Positions 52,023 through 62,023 of a stretch of DNA of 64,000 nt are shown here, one piece after another; the first letter of the stretch is position 1; every line of letters starts with the position of its first letter. The position numbers were made by a program, and so were the translations under genes. The DNA is taken from the NCBI GenBank assembly GCA_050732295.1, contig JBOHQS010000002.1:416-64415 (forward strand), read 5' to 3'. Source of the stretch: Candidatus Methylomirabilales bacterium (GTDB lineage: Bacteria; Methylomirabilota; Methylomirabilia; Methylomirabilales; CSP1-5). The notes under the pieces were generated by a model. It had not been told where the DNA came from. It was given only the letters and a program-made list of their open reading frames with translations, and searched no databases.

Positions 52023-53033
52023 CTACTCCACGTCTGCCGGGAGAATCGGTTCCCCGAACGCCACGGCCCGCCTGAGTCGTTTCCCCACGACCCGCGCTTC
52101 CTCGCCGGGCGGAAGCCCGGTGGCCGGGCGAATCCAGGTCAGATCCTCGAATCGGACCCGGTGGCCGGCCGGCAGATCCGCCCCGGCGACGATCGAGCGG
52201 CGGGCCAGGCGCGCGGACTCTGCCTCGGCTGCTTGAACGATCTTCTCGCCGGTCCCGAGGAGCCCTTCCGTCTCGGCCACCCGGGCAACCAAGTCCCCCA
52301 TCTCCACCGGATCCGCCGAAAGTTGGTGATCACGAAAGTCGGAGTACTGCTTGTCGAGGGTGAAGTGTTTCTCGATAATCCGCGCCCCGAGCGCCGCGCC
52401 GATCACGCACGCCTGAATGCCCAAGGTATGGTCGGAATAGCCCACGGTACACTCGAGCTCACGAATCAGCATGGGGATCGCCCCGAGGTTCGCCTGTTCC
52501 GGGGGCACGGGATAGCTGCTCACACAGTGCAGCACGGCCAGATGCTGCTCCACGCCGCGCTTCCGCCATTGTGCCTCAATGAACGCCTTGGCTCTCCGGA
52601 TATGGTTGAGGTCGCTCAGGCCGGTCGAGAGGATGAGCGGCTTCCCCGTTCGGCAGACGCGGTCCATCAACGGGTAGAAGTTGTTGTCGCCAGAGGCGAT
52701 CTTGTACGCGTCGACGATACCCTCCAGGAAGGCCGCGCTCTCCAGATCGAGAGGGGTCGCGATGAAGAGGAGGCCGAGCGACTTGGCCAGCCGGTGCAAT
52801 TCCTCGAACTGCTCGTACGACAGCTCGAACGAGGACAGCCGATCGTAGCGGGCTCGATCTCCCGCACTCACGAAATACCTCGCCCGGAAGACCTGGAACT
52901 TCACCGCCCCGACGCCGCACGCGGCCGCCTCACCCACCAACTTTTGTGCGGTCGCGAAATCTCCCTCATGGTTATTGCCGATCTCGGCAACGACCAATAC
53001 CTTCTGCGTGAGATTGAATCCACCGATCTTCAT
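52023..53033 (-). CDS. Second NeuB-family nonulosonic-acid synthase with SAF domain
   Basis: 336 aa. VVAEIGNNHEGDFATAQKLVGEAAACGVGAVKFQVF. Confidence 0.85.
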   Translation of the reverse strand: MKIGGFNLTQKVLVVAEIGNNHEGDFATAQKLVGEAAACGVGAVKFQVFRARYFVSAGDRARYDRLSSFELSYEQFEELHRLAKSLGLLFIATPLDLESAAFLEGIVDAYKIASGDNNFYPLMDRVCRTGKPLILSTGLSDLNHIRRAKAFIEAQWRKRGVEQHLAVLHCVSSYPVPPEQANLGAIPMLIRELECTVGYSDHTLGIQACVIGAALGARIIEKHFTLDKQYSDFRDHQLSADPVEMGDLVARVAETEGLLGTGEKIVQAAEAESARLARRSIVAGADLPAGHRVRFEDLTWIRPATGLPPGEEARVVGKRLRRAVAFGEPILPADVE

Positions 53034-53800
53034 TGCGTGCCAGATCCACCACGCGTGTCGTGCACGTGCTTGTGCATCACGTACTGCGTTCTCACAATGG
53101 CGAACCCGAATTTCTGATACAACTTCATCGACGGGATATTTGCAACCTGGGTCCCGACCTGGAGGTAGTCGGACACCCCCGCATACCGATCGATGAAGAA
53201 CGCGACCAATGAGGCGCCGAAGCCGCGGCCCTGAACGGCGCTGTCCACGCCGATCAGGTCGATCGTCCTAGTGCGCCGTCCCCCGGCATCCGAGGCGAAG
53301 ACGGCCAGAAAGCCGGCCGGCCGAGCGTCGTGGAGCGCCACCCACAACTGTTCTCCCCGTTGCTTCTTGATGTAGTTCAGGATCCAGTCATGCTTGATCC
53401 GGTTCGCCACCGACGCCGGGATGAGCGGGTCCAGGTGAAACCGCGAGTACCGGAAGCACGTGGCTGCGATCCGGAGCACCGCCTCGTGATCCTCGGGGGC
53501 GATCTCGCGGATCGTGTGGCGTACGAAGTCTGCCGCCTTCCCCCGACCTGCTCCATCGGTCGCCGGCATTCCGAACGTCACATTCACATCGACCACATAG
53601 AAGCCCGCCCCCGATAGCTCACGGACCGTTTCGATCCGATCGGCGTCGATCTTGGCGTAATACATCGCGGAGGAATGTCGGCTCTCGTGATTCCGAACGA
53701 CATCTCCGAGGGGCACGGCGGCTCTTTCGTCCCCGGGCTCGACCCTGAAGACCGGATAGCCGAATATCTCGGAAAGCCAACTGTCTTCTTGTATTTTCAC
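53030..53800 (-). CDS. GNAT-family N-acetyltransferase (PseH/WecD-like)
   Basis: Motif A IGVDSAVQGRGFGASLV; KLYQKFGF. I prefer GTG 53800, 13 nt after the upstream stop. The track start at 53899 would overlap by 86 nt. Confidence 0.7.
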   Translation of the reverse strand: MKIQEDSWLSEIFGYPVFRVEPGDERAAVPLGDVVRNHESRHSSAMYYAKIDADRIETVRELSGAGFYVVDVNVTFGMPATDGAGRGKAADFVRHTIREIAPEDHEAVLRIAATCFRYSRFHLDPLIPASVANRIKHDWILNYIKKQRGEQLWVALHDARPAGFLAVFASDAGGRRTRTIDLIGVDSAVQGRGFGASLVAFFIDRYAGVSDYLQVGTQVANIPSMKLYQKFGFAIVRTQYVMHKHVHDTRGGSGTQ

Positions 53801-53813
53801 CGTCCCGATGCCT

Positions 53814-54839
53814 CTACCGGCCCCTCGCCGGAAAATCCAAGCCCTGATACCACTTGATATACTCCGCGAATCCCAGCTCAAGGGAATGCTTCGGGGCATA
53901 ACCCAAGAGCTCCGCGGCCTTTTTTATACTCAGAGTTCCGCGAGAAGGCATGAGCTTGTCGCGCTCCACGTACTCGACTTCGACGTCAGGAAAGTGTTGC
54001 CGGATGATCTCCATCAGATCCTGAATCGAGCGCGACCTCCCATACGTCATGTTGACAATCTGGTTGCGGGCGGCGGGCTTTTCAATGACCAGACAGACGC
54101 CGTGCACGAGATCGTCCACGTAGGTAAAGTCGAGCCGCTCGCTTCCGTCGCCCTCGACGCGCAGCTTGGAATCGCTCAAGGCGTTTTCGATGAAAATCTG
54201 CCCGACCCGGCGGCTGACGCATCGCGGTCCGTACAACGCCGACGGCCGGATGATCGTGTACGCGAGATCAAACACCTGCTGGTAGGCGACGACGATCTTC
54301 TCGCCGGCCAACTTCAGCGCGCCGTAGATACCGATGGGGTTCAGCGGGTGCTCCTCCTCCACTTGTTCAGTAAGAAAGTTGCCGTAGACCATGCTCGAGG
54401 AGAAAAAGATAAAATGCTCAACGTTGTCCCGGGCATAGTCGAGGGCATTTTCCAGCGTGCGCAAGGTGTGGTCGAACGTGCTGTAGGGATCCTTATTCGA
54501 CCGGCCCGCGTGGGACACCGCCGCCAAGTGGATGACGACATGCGGCTTCATCCGCGCAAGCATCCGTCCAAGCACGTGGTAGTCTCTCGCGTCCTGGACG
54601 AGCACCGGTACGCCCGCCTCGCGCAGCAGGTCTAGGCGCTGGTTGATGATCCACAGGTAGAGATCCCGGTTATGCAGGTCCCCTCCAGCCGACGCGAACC
54701 AGAGCAGATTATTGACCTGGAGGCTGTCAATCACCTCGACGCTCGCCCCTCGCCGCGCGAGGGCCAGGGCAAGGTTGTGGCCGATGAATCCGGCTCCGCC
54801 GATGATGGCAACCTTGCGACCACTCAATCCTGGGCTCAT
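53814..54839 (-). CDS. NAD-dependent epimerase/dehydratase (extended SDR)
   Basis: 341 aa. VAIIGGAGFIGHNL; catalytic YGALK. Confidence 0.8.
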   Translation of the reverse strand: MSPGLSGRKVAIIGGAGFIGHNLALALARRGASVEVIDSLQVNNLLWFASAGGDLHNRDLYLWIINQRLDLLREAGVPVLVQDARDYHVLGRMLARMKPHVVIHLAAVSHAGRSNKDPYSTFDHTLRTLENALDYARDNVEHFIFFSSSMVYGNFLTEQVEEEHPLNPIGIYGALKLAGEKIVVAYQQVFDLAYTIIRPSALYGPRCVSRRVGQIFIENALSDSKLRVEGDGSERLDFTYVDDLVHGVCLVIEKPAARNQIVNMTYGRSRSIQDLMEIIRQHFPDVEVEYVERDKLMPSRGTLSIKKAAELLGYAPKHSLELGFAEYIKWYQGLDFPARGR

Positions 54840-56002
54840 GCACTCACCTCTCTCAGCACACGCCGGACCGCGTCCACCATGTACCCGATGTCGTCACCCC
54901 CGACATGGGGGCCGACGGGAAGGGCTATTGAACAATCGCTGATGGCCGCCGCCTGGGGGAACCTCGCCGGGTCGTACCCGTATTTCTCCTGGTAGTAGCG
55001 CATGCGCGGGACGGGTTGGGGATAGTACACGCTCGTCCCTACACCGGCGGCGTTCAGCCGTCTCACGACGTCGTTGCGACGCCCTCCGAGGGTGCCTTCC
55101 AGCACCAGGCTGAGACAATAATGGCTGCTTCGAGCCTCGCTGTTCGCCGCGTCCAGGACCCGGGTTGACGGCACCTCGCTGAACGCGCCCTTCAGCGCCT
55201 CGAAGTTCCTGCGGCGTCTCTCGAGAATCTCGTCGATCCGCCGCAACTGCGTGCGCCCGAGCGCGGCCTGTATCTCACTCATGCGGTAGTTCAGGCCGAG
55301 CGACGGGACATCGTAGAGCCCTGGAATTTCCCGCTCGGCATGGCCGCGATCTACTCCGAAGGCGCGCACGTTGCCGACCACCGCAGCGACTTCGGGATGG
55401 CGTGTCACGAGCATGCCTCCTTCACCCGTCGTCATGTGCTTGATCGGATAGAACGAGAAGCACCCGGCATCCCCGAACAGCCCTACGTGCTTCTCTCCGT
55501 ACCGCGACCCCACTGCGAGAGCGCTGTCCTCGATCACCTTCAGCCCGTGTCTCTCGGCCAGGCCCATGATCCCTGGCATGTCGCATGGAATGCCCAGAAA
55601 ATGCACCACCGAGATGGCTTTGGTCCGCGGCGTGATGGCGGCCGCTACCGCCCCTGGCGTGACGTTCCCGGTGACGACATCGCAGTCCACAAAGACCGGT
55701 CTGGCGCCTACCCACTCGACCGCGTGCACCGTCGCGATGTGGGTTTGCGCCGGAACGATCACCTCGTCACCCGGGCCAATGCCGAGGGCGAGGTACGACA
55801 GGTGCAGGGCTGCCATCCCGGAACTGACGCTGACACAGTGCGCCCCTTCTCCGAGAAACTGCGCAAATTCCGCCTCAAAGGCCTTCGCCTGCGGGCCGTG
55901 GGTCAGGATGTGGCCCTCGAGCACGGCCATGACCGCCTTCCGGTCCTCATCGGTAATCCACGGCCTGCCGAACGGGATCTGCCGGAAATCGCTTCCGCTC
56001 AT
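54836..56002 (-). CDS. DegT/DnrJ/EryC1/StrS-family PLP-dependent sugar aminotransferase
   Basis: FGRPWITDED...; SFYPIKHMTTGEGGML (PLP Lys). ATG 56002 forms an ATGA overlap (track start 56059). Confidence 0.85.
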   Translation of the reverse strand: MSGSDFRQIPFGRPWITDEDRKAVMAVLEGHILTHGPQAKAFEAEFAQFLGEGAHCVSVSSGMAALHLSYLALGIGPGDEVIVPAQTHIATVHAVEWVGARPVFVDCDVVTGNVTPGAVAAAITPRTKAISVVHFLGIPCDMPGIMGLAERHGLKVIEDSALAVGSRYGEKHVGLFGDAGCFSFYPIKHMTTGEGGMLVTRHPEVAAVVGNVRAFGVDRGHAEREIPGLYDVPSLGLNYRMSEIQAALGRTQLRRIDEILERRRRNFEALKGAFSEVPSTRVLDAANSEARSSHYCLSLVLEGTLGGRRNDVVRRLNAAGVGTSVYYPQPVPRMRYYQEKYGYDPARFPQAAAISDCSIALPVGPHVGGDDIGYMVDAVRRVLREVSA

Positions 56003-57003
56003 GCGTACTCGATCTCCACCCCGGTGCCTGCCGCGACGGCCTGGTCCGCAGCCACGCACGCGCTGATGACGTCAAATTCCTGCTGCGTTTTCGCCCGGGT
56101 GTCCCTACGATTCAGTATCCCGTCAACGAAGTCGGGGATCAGGGCGCCCTTGGTGGCCGGGACAGGCGACAGATTCAGGGGGACCGGCGCTCTCGACGGG
56201 TCCCGGGATGCATGCATCCGAGCCCCGGCGTCGTCGTGGAAGAAGGTCCCGTTCGTGCCGAAGACCCGCACAATGTGCTGATGCCGGTGGACGCAGCCAA
56301 AGTTGGCGCTGATGCGGCCGATGGCGCCCGAGGGGAACACGTACGACGCGACCACATAATCGAGATACTGGAAGTCGGTCTCTGCAGTGCAGATCTTGTT
56401 TCCGGCTGCCGTCACCGTCACGGGTCGTTCCGCCAAGAACCGGAGCATCAGGTCGACCAGGTGTATCCCACCCCCCTGGATCACCGAATAGCCCTCAACG
56501 TCCTTTCGCCATCCTTCGGTGATCTTCTCGATTCGGCCATAGAGGTATTCGCCGTCAAAGGCGTACACTTGACCGAAGGCACCCTTCTCGATCTGCGTCC
56601 CGAGCCATCCGTAGAGCGGCGCCGCACGAAGCACCAGGTTCGACGCAAGGCACAACCCGTCCCCTCCCAGCCAACACCGCTTGATCGAACGCAATTCCTC
56701 CACCGACCGGCACAGGGGCTTTTCCACGAAGATGTGCTTGCCCGATTGCAGCGCCAGTAGCGTCTGTTCGTAGTGCGCATCGTCGTACGAGGCGATGGAG
56801 ACGAGGTCGATCTCGGGATGCTTCAGAATATCCTTCGCCTCGGCCATGATCGCAGCGGCCGGATACTTCTGCCGCGCGGCAGCCCGCTTCTCCGGCGACA
56901 CGTCGCAGACCGCCACGAGCTCGCAGGCCGGATGTTGCCCATAGGCGGCGATATGTTCTTCGCCCACGCCGAGACCGATGACCCCGACCCGCAGGCGTTT
57001 CAC
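55999..57003 (-). CDS. Gfo/Idh/MocA-family oxidoreductase
   Basis: LRVGVIGLGVGEEHIAAY; EKPL. GTG 57003 forms a GTGA overlap with the upstream stop (track start 57192). Confidence 0.8.
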   Translation of the reverse strand: MKRLRVGVIGLGVGEEHIAAYGQHPACELVAVCDVSPEKRAAARQKYPAAAIMAEAKDILKHPEIDLVSIASYDDAHYEQTLLALQSGKHIFVEKPLCRSVEELRSIKRCWLGGDGLCLASNLVLRAAPLYGWLGTQIEKGAFGQVYAFDGEYLYGRIEKITEGWRKDVEGYSVIQGGGIHLVDLMLRFLAERPVTVTAAGNKICTAETDFQYLDYVVASYVFPSGAIGRISANFGCVHRHQHIVRVFGTNGTFFHDDAGARMHASRDPSRAPVPLNLSPVPATKGALIPDFVDGILNRRDTRAKTQQEFDVISACVAADQAVAAGTGVEIEYA

Positions 57004-57704
57004 GCTCTCGACCTCCGTGGGTCGTACACCGTCCGGCACATGTCGAGGATCTCGGGGAGGCTGTACTCCCAGTGGGACTTCTCCATCCCCTCGACGAGGG
57101 AGGCGAACCGCTCCATGTCCTCGATCGTGTCCACGGCCAGATGGACCCCGCTGTAATCCGCGTCCGCTCCAAAGTTCAAAATTCGAAACCATTCGGGATG
57201 GCGGTAAAAGTAGAGGGTCACGTGTTGGAGCTCGTCCTCTGACCAGGCCCGCTCAAAGGCACGTCGAAAAGTCCCGGCGCGGACCACCTCCACCGACTGC
57301 CCTCGCGGGAAGGAGCGTGGAAAGACGTTGGTGACCACGTCGTAATCACCCTTCAGAAACAGCTCCACACCCCTGTCAACGACCTTCGGATCCAAAAGCG
57401 GGCTATCACCGGAGATCCTGACAAACGCATCAAGCTTGGAGGTGTCCAGAACATCCTTGAACCGGCTGGCGACGTTGTCCAGCGATCCCCGAAAGCACTG
57501 TCTCGCCCCTTGTCGACAAAATCGCGCCACGGGGTCGTCGGTCGGATCGGTGGACGTTGCCACCACCACCGCATCCAGTGACTTGCAGTGATCGAGCCGC
57601 TCCAGCAGATATTCCAGCATCGGCTTCCCGCGGACTGTATGGAGCACCTTCCCCGGCAGTCGCTCTGAATTCATCCGGGCTTGAACAATGGCACCGACTT
57701 TCAT
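57000..57704 (-). CDS. Cytidylyltransferase (SpsF/PseF-like, acylneuraminate cytidylyltransferase superfamily)
   Basis: MKVGAIVQARMNSERLPGKVL. ATG 57704 forms an ATGA overlap (track start 57722). Confidence 0.75.
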   Translation of the reverse strand: MKVGAIVQARMNSERLPGKVLHTVRGKPMLEYLLERLDHCKSLDAVVVATSTDPTDDPVARFCRQGARQCFRGSLDNVASRFKDVLDTSKLDAFVRISGDSPLLDPKVVDRGVELFLKGDYDVVTNVFPRSFPRGQSVEVVRAGTFRRAFERAWSEDELQHVTLYFYRHPEWFRILNFGADADYSGVHLAVDTIEDMERFASLVEGMEKSHWEYSLPEILDMCRTVYDPRRSRA

Positions 57705-58987
57705 TCCCCTGCATGCGCCCATGTCAACCGATCGGACCTTACGGGTTCCACCTGCCAGTCGAGCAAAGTACTGAAGTACCCGATACGGGTGTTTCCTTGG
57801 AGCGTCGCCACGTCATCAAGCGAGAATGAGGCAATCGTGCCTCCGTCATAGACGACGGTGCCGCCTGCGCGGCCTCTTCCAACCGAAAAATGCACTTGGT
57901 AGTCACCGTGCCCGAGCGCTCTTGGAGGAATCGTTATGCGGAAGACGTGGACCCCGGCGGGCAAATCATCCATTGGATTAGGAACGACATCGTGACTGTA
58001 CGAAACCAGAACGGGGGTCCCATCCCTTTTTGATATCTGGAAGCAGCCATACAGACCCGTCGCTCGCCGGTGAACCTGATAGAGAAGCTCAACGATCACA
58101 GGCTCGTCGCAGCTAAAGCGCTGCGCCGGGGCCTCTTTCTCGTTCAGCAGCCTGGTAGCGCGTAGTTGCGAGTCTTTGCGCGAATCCTCGGGAAAAATAA
58201 CACCGCTGGTTGCATCGGTCGGATCGATAGCAGCAAGATATGCCTCGACCACGGAAGCCGTGTCACCGTCCTTCATCAGCTTGCCCCTCTCGAGCCACAG
58301 GGTCCGTCGGCAGAGTTGCCGGATCGCGCCCATATTGTGGCTGACCAGAAGGACAGTCCGTCCGGCTCCGGCCACTTCCCCCATTTTTCCCAGGCACTTC
58401 TTCTGGAAGGACGCGTCCCCGACCGCGAGCACTTCATCGACTACCAAAATATCTGGCTCAAGATGCGCCGCGACGGCGAAGGCCAAGCGTACGTACATGC
58501 CGCTTGAGTATCGTTTCACCGGCGTGTCAATGAACTGCTCAACATCCGCGAAGGCCACGATCTCGTCAAACTTCCGCTCGATTTCGACCCGCCGCATTCC
58601 CAGGATGGCGCCGTTGAGGTAAATGTTTTCTCGACCGGTAAGTTCGGGATGGAAGCCCGTCCCGACCTCGAGGAGCGAGCCGACCCTGCCGAGGATTTCC
58701 ACGCTACCCTCGGTCGGTTCCGTGATGTGGGACAGCACCTTGAGGAGCGTCGTCTTGCCGGCCCCATTGGGCCCGATGATACCCAACACTTCTCCCTGGT
58801 GCACACGCAACGATACGTCCTTGAGGGCCCAGACGTATTGCCCCTCGCCATCTCCGAGCATTCGCCGCCTCCGGAACAGGCGGGGCAGTGCGCCGGCGAG
58901 GGAATCACGCAAGGTGCTATATCGTTCGTGCGCGCCGATCCGATATCGTTTTCCCAGCGTATCGACGCGGATCACGATGCTGCTCAT
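57701..58987 (-). CDS. wzt: Polysaccharide ABC-transporter ATP-binding protein with C-terminal carbohydrate-binding extension (Wzt type)
   Basis: 428 aa. Walker A GPNGAGKTTLLK; signature YSSGMYVRLAFA; Walker B ILVVDEVLAVGD; ~170-aa beta-rich C-terminal domain. Confidence 0.85.
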   Translation of the reverse strand: MSSIVIRVDTLGKRYRIGAHERYSTLRDSLAGALPRLFRRRRMLGDGEGQYVWALKDVSLRVHQGEVLGIIGPNGAGKTTLLKVLSHITEPTEGSVEILGRVGSLLEVGTGFHPELTGRENIYLNGAILGMRRVEIERKFDEIVAFADVEQFIDTPVKRYSSGMYVRLAFAVAAHLEPDILVVDEVLAVGDASFQKKCLGKMGEVAGAGRTVLLVSHNMGAIRQLCRRTLWLERGKLMKDGDTASVVEAYLAAIDPTDATSGVIFPEDSRKDSQLRATRLLNEKEAPAQRFSCDEPVIVELLYQVHRRATGLYGCFQISKRDGTPVLVSYSHDVVPNPMDDLPAGVHVFRITIPPRALGHGDYQVHFSVGRGRAGGTVVYDGGTIASFSLDDVATLQGNTRIGYFSTLLDWQVEPVRSDRLTWAHAGE

Positions 58988-59020
58988 GCTCTGACCGTAG
59001 CAGTAGGGTCGTGCAAGCTA

Positions 59021-59866
59021 CTAGACCACATCGGCGAAGGTTCGTTCCATGGAGCGGAAGTAGTACAAACCGCCGATCAAGAGCGCCAGGACGACGGCGA
59101 TCGAGACGGCCAGCATGGGGCCGGGGGCATTCGCCGTCCCGAGGAGGGCCCAGCGGAAGCCCTCCACGACGCCGGCCATCGGGTTCAGCCCGTAGAGCAC
59201 ACGCCACCCCTCGGGCACCAGGCTGCTCGGGTAGGCGATCGGCGTCGCAAAGAGCCAGACCTGGGTCAGGAAGGGGATCGTGTAGCGGACGTCCCGGTAC
59301 TGGACATTCAGTGCCGACAGCCACAGCCCCACGGCCAGCGCCGTCGCGATGGCCAACAGGATAAAGAGCGGGAGGGTGACCACGGCCATCGTCGGTACCA
59401 TCCCGTAGTAGGCCATCATCCCGAGCAGGACCAGGAAGGCGATCCCGAAGTCCACGAGGCCGGCCAGGACGGCCGAGAGGGGAATGACCAGACGCGGGAA
59501 GTAGACCTTGGTGATCAGGTTCTGGTTGGCCACTAGGCTGTTCCCCGACTCCATCATGGCATGGCTGAAGAGTTGCCAGGGCAAAAGCGCGCAATACGCA
59601 AAGATCGGATACGGGAGCCCGTCGGACGGGATACCGGCGAGCCGGCCGAAGAAGATACTGAAGACGACCATGGTAAAGAAAGGTTGGATGACGGCCCAGG
59701 CGGCGCCAAGCACGGTCTGCTTGTAGCGGACCTTGACATCGCGCCAGACGAGAAAATACAGCAGTTCCCGGTACTCCCACAGCTCCTTGAGTTTGAGCGG
59801 CACCCAACCCGTCGAGGGTCGAATGACGATGGTTAGGAGACTGACGGGCCGAGCAGATTCATGCAT
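59021..59866 (-). CDS. wzm: ABC-2-type polysaccharide export permease (Wzm/TagG/KpsM family)
   Basis: 281 aa, multi-TM. LLYFLVWRDVKVRYKQTVLGAAWAVIQP. Confidence 0.85.
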   Translation of the reverse strand: MHESARPVSLLTIVIRPSTGWVPLKLKELWEYRELLYFLVWRDVKVRYKQTVLGAAWAVIQPFFTMVVFSIFFGRLAGIPSDGLPYPIFAYCALLPWQLFSHAMMESGNSLVANQNLITKVYFPRLVIPLSAVLAGLVDFGIAFLVLLGMMAYYGMVPTMAVVTLPLFILLAIATALAVGLWLSALNVQYRDVRYTIPFLTQVWLFATPIAYPSSLVPEGWRVLYGLNPMAGVVEGFRWALLGTANAPGPMLAVSIAVVLALLIGGLYYFRSMERTFADVV

Positions 59867-59872
59867 CGCAAT

Positions 59873-62023
59873 TCACCTCGATCCAAATCGTCGCAGGGCG
59901 AACCGGACGACCGACGGGACCGTGCCGCGCCACCGCCACCGGAGCACCGGGGCTCTTTCGCGCACGCCGTACCGCGGGGACATCCACCCCTCTCCGATCT
60001 CGATCGTCACCGGCACGACCTCGCCTCCCGGATGGCAGCACGGCCAAAGCAGGTGAACGCGCTGCCGGCCGGTGTCGATCAGCCAGCCACCGGTGACCGA
60101 CTCGATCCTGCAGCCCGGGGCCAGCGGGAACGTCCACGTGAAATCGTGTGTCCCGCCCCCACCCTTCGGATGGTCGAACTCATCCAATACTTCCACCCGG
60201 CCCGCCCCTCGCTCGAACGTCACGGTCCGCCGGTGGAGTACCGGATCGCTCAGGCGAACGTAGCCGTCATGCTCCGCCACAATTCGAGCCCGCGTTGGAC
60301 CCGCATCCCAAGCAAGAACGCGGGGACGCGTGTCCGCGTGCAACGCAAAGAGCCCACCCCGGACAAACCGGTTCTGCTCGACCCCGTCCACCATCACGGT
60401 ACAGTGCGCGAGCGTGCTCCGGAATGCGTTCCGAGACTCCGGATCCGGGGTGTAGAGATAGCTCCCCGGATCGACCAGGATATCCTCCCCTCCCAGGTGG
60501 ACCTCGAGGGACAGCAGATCATTGTGCTTGTGATTGCCGATGCCCCGTGTCCCAACTGGGCTGCAGTTGAACAGGACGTAATCGTCGCCGTCCCGTATGA
60601 TGTAGAGGCCCGCATGCGGAAAGGCAGCGCTGTCCGGCGGGGAGACGCTCCTCTCGGGTGGATGGCTCCACCGCTCGCCTCGCGTGACGCCGAACCAGAG
60701 GGCCTCCGGCCAGGCGGGCCCGGCCGCCGCCCACCAGTTCTCCCGATCAAAGTAGAAAGCCCCGAGGGGCAGGAGGTGCCGGTGATCCCGTGGATCGTTC
60801 GTTCCGTAGCCATGGAGCACGTGCAGCCGCCCGTCGTCCGCGTCGCCCACCTGGGGGGCGAGACCATTCGGCTTGGTGTAGGCCCGGACGAAGTCCAGCA
60901 TGCGCGCCAGCTTGTCCACAAACGCCGAAGGTAACCGCTCCCCGTGATGCCGGCAGAGGAGCGCCGCCGACAGGAACATTTCGGTCACGAGACGGTGATA
61001 GGGAATACTCGATTCGTAGTCGGCTCCGTCCGGCAATACCTGGCCATCCATCTCTTGCGCGAGTGCCCGAACGGCGTAGGCGCGCCAGCGTTTGGCCTCG
61101 CGGAACTCCGGAACGCACAGGCCCAGATAGAGGAGCCCCACAACGTCCGCCAGATAGTGATTGCTCGTGATCCCCCCGGGGCCGATCTCCAGGTTGTCTC
61201 TGAGGAACCGACCGTGCGCCAGGAGGCCCGTTGAGAGGTCAAGAAAGAACTCCCGATCCGCCGCAACAGCATCGGCCAGGAGGCCGGCCGTCCAGAGCCA
61301 ATTGACGGCCCGGATGCCGACATCCATCGGGCATGCCCAGTTCACGCCGAACTGCGGGGGATTCGCGGCGAGCCAGTGCCGGATCTGGGCGACGGCCTCA
61401 CGAGCGTACCGCTCGTCGCCGGTAAATAAATATGCTTGAGCGAGTACTGGCAGGTGTTGGCCGCGCGACAGCTCCCACGGCACCTTGATATCAACGCCCG
61501 CGACGTGCCCATAGGGAACGTCCGTATAGAAGGTCTTGGGGTCCCACCGGTACCCGCTCTTGAAATCCCGGTGCCAATCGATCTCCGGCCCGAGCGCGAC
61601 CGGGCCGGAACCCAAGAGATCAAAGACGTGCTGGCAAATCCGATCCGCCGCAGCCACGGTGGAACGAATCGCATCGGGGGCGTACCGCTCCAAAGACGCC
61701 ACAATGGCCTTGGCGTCGTCCGGCCCGACCGGCAGCCGGGTCCCCAGGGCCTGCCGAATGCCCTCACCGACCTCCGCTAGCGCGCGCGGACCCACGGCGA
61801 ACGCGCGTGCAAGGTCTCGCGGTCCCACGGCGGTCCCAATCGCCTTAGCCCGCAGCCTGCGCCAGCGGGTGCGGGCCATTCCGGCGCCAACGCGGACCGC
61901 GGCCCTCGCGGCGCCCGCCGGCCCCAGCAGACGCGCCCGGGTCAACGCCTGCTCCCACCGTCTCCTCCCGATGTACCCCCTCTTCATGCGCCTAGCATCC
62001 GACCGTACCGGTCGCCCTTTCAA
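59873..62023 (-). CDS. Heparinase II/III-like family protein (no signal peptide)
   Basis: 716 aa. [18 protein letters not shown]; [32 protein letters not shown]. Confidence 0.7.
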   Translation of the reverse strand: MKGRPVRSDARRMKRGYIGRRRWEQALTRARLLGPAGAARAAVRVGAGMARTRWRRLRAKAIGTAVGPRDLARAFAVGPRALAEVGEGIRQALGTRLPVGPDDAKAIVASLERYAPDAIRSTVAAADRICQHVFDLLGSGPVALGPEIDWHRDFKSGYRWDPKTFYTDVPYGHVAGVDIKVPWELSRGQHLPVLAQAYLFTGDERYAREAVAQIRHWLAANPPQFGVNWACPMDVGIRAVNWLWTAGLLADAVAADREFFLDLSTGLLAHGRFLRDNLEIGPGGITSNHYLADVVGLLYLGLCVPEFREAKRWRAYAVRALAQEMDGQVLPDGADYESSIPYHRLVTEMFLSAALLCRHHGERLPSAFVDKLARMLDFVRAYTKPNGLAPQVGDADDGRLHVLHGYGTNDPRDHRHLLPLGAFYFDRENWWAAAGPAWPEALWFGVTRGERWSHPPERSVSPPDSAAFPHAGLYIIRDGDDYVLFNCSPVGTRGIGNHKHNDLLSLEVHLGGEDILVDPGSYLYTPDPESRNAFRSTLAHCTVMVDGVEQNRFVRGGLFALHADTRPRVLAWDAGPTRARIVAEHDGYVRLSDPVLHRRTVTFERGAGRVEVLDEFDHPKGGGGTHDFTWTFPLAPGCRIESVTGGWLIDTGRQRVHLLWPCCHPGGEVVPVTIEIGEGWMSPRYGVRERAPVLRWRWRGTVPSVVRFALRRFGSR

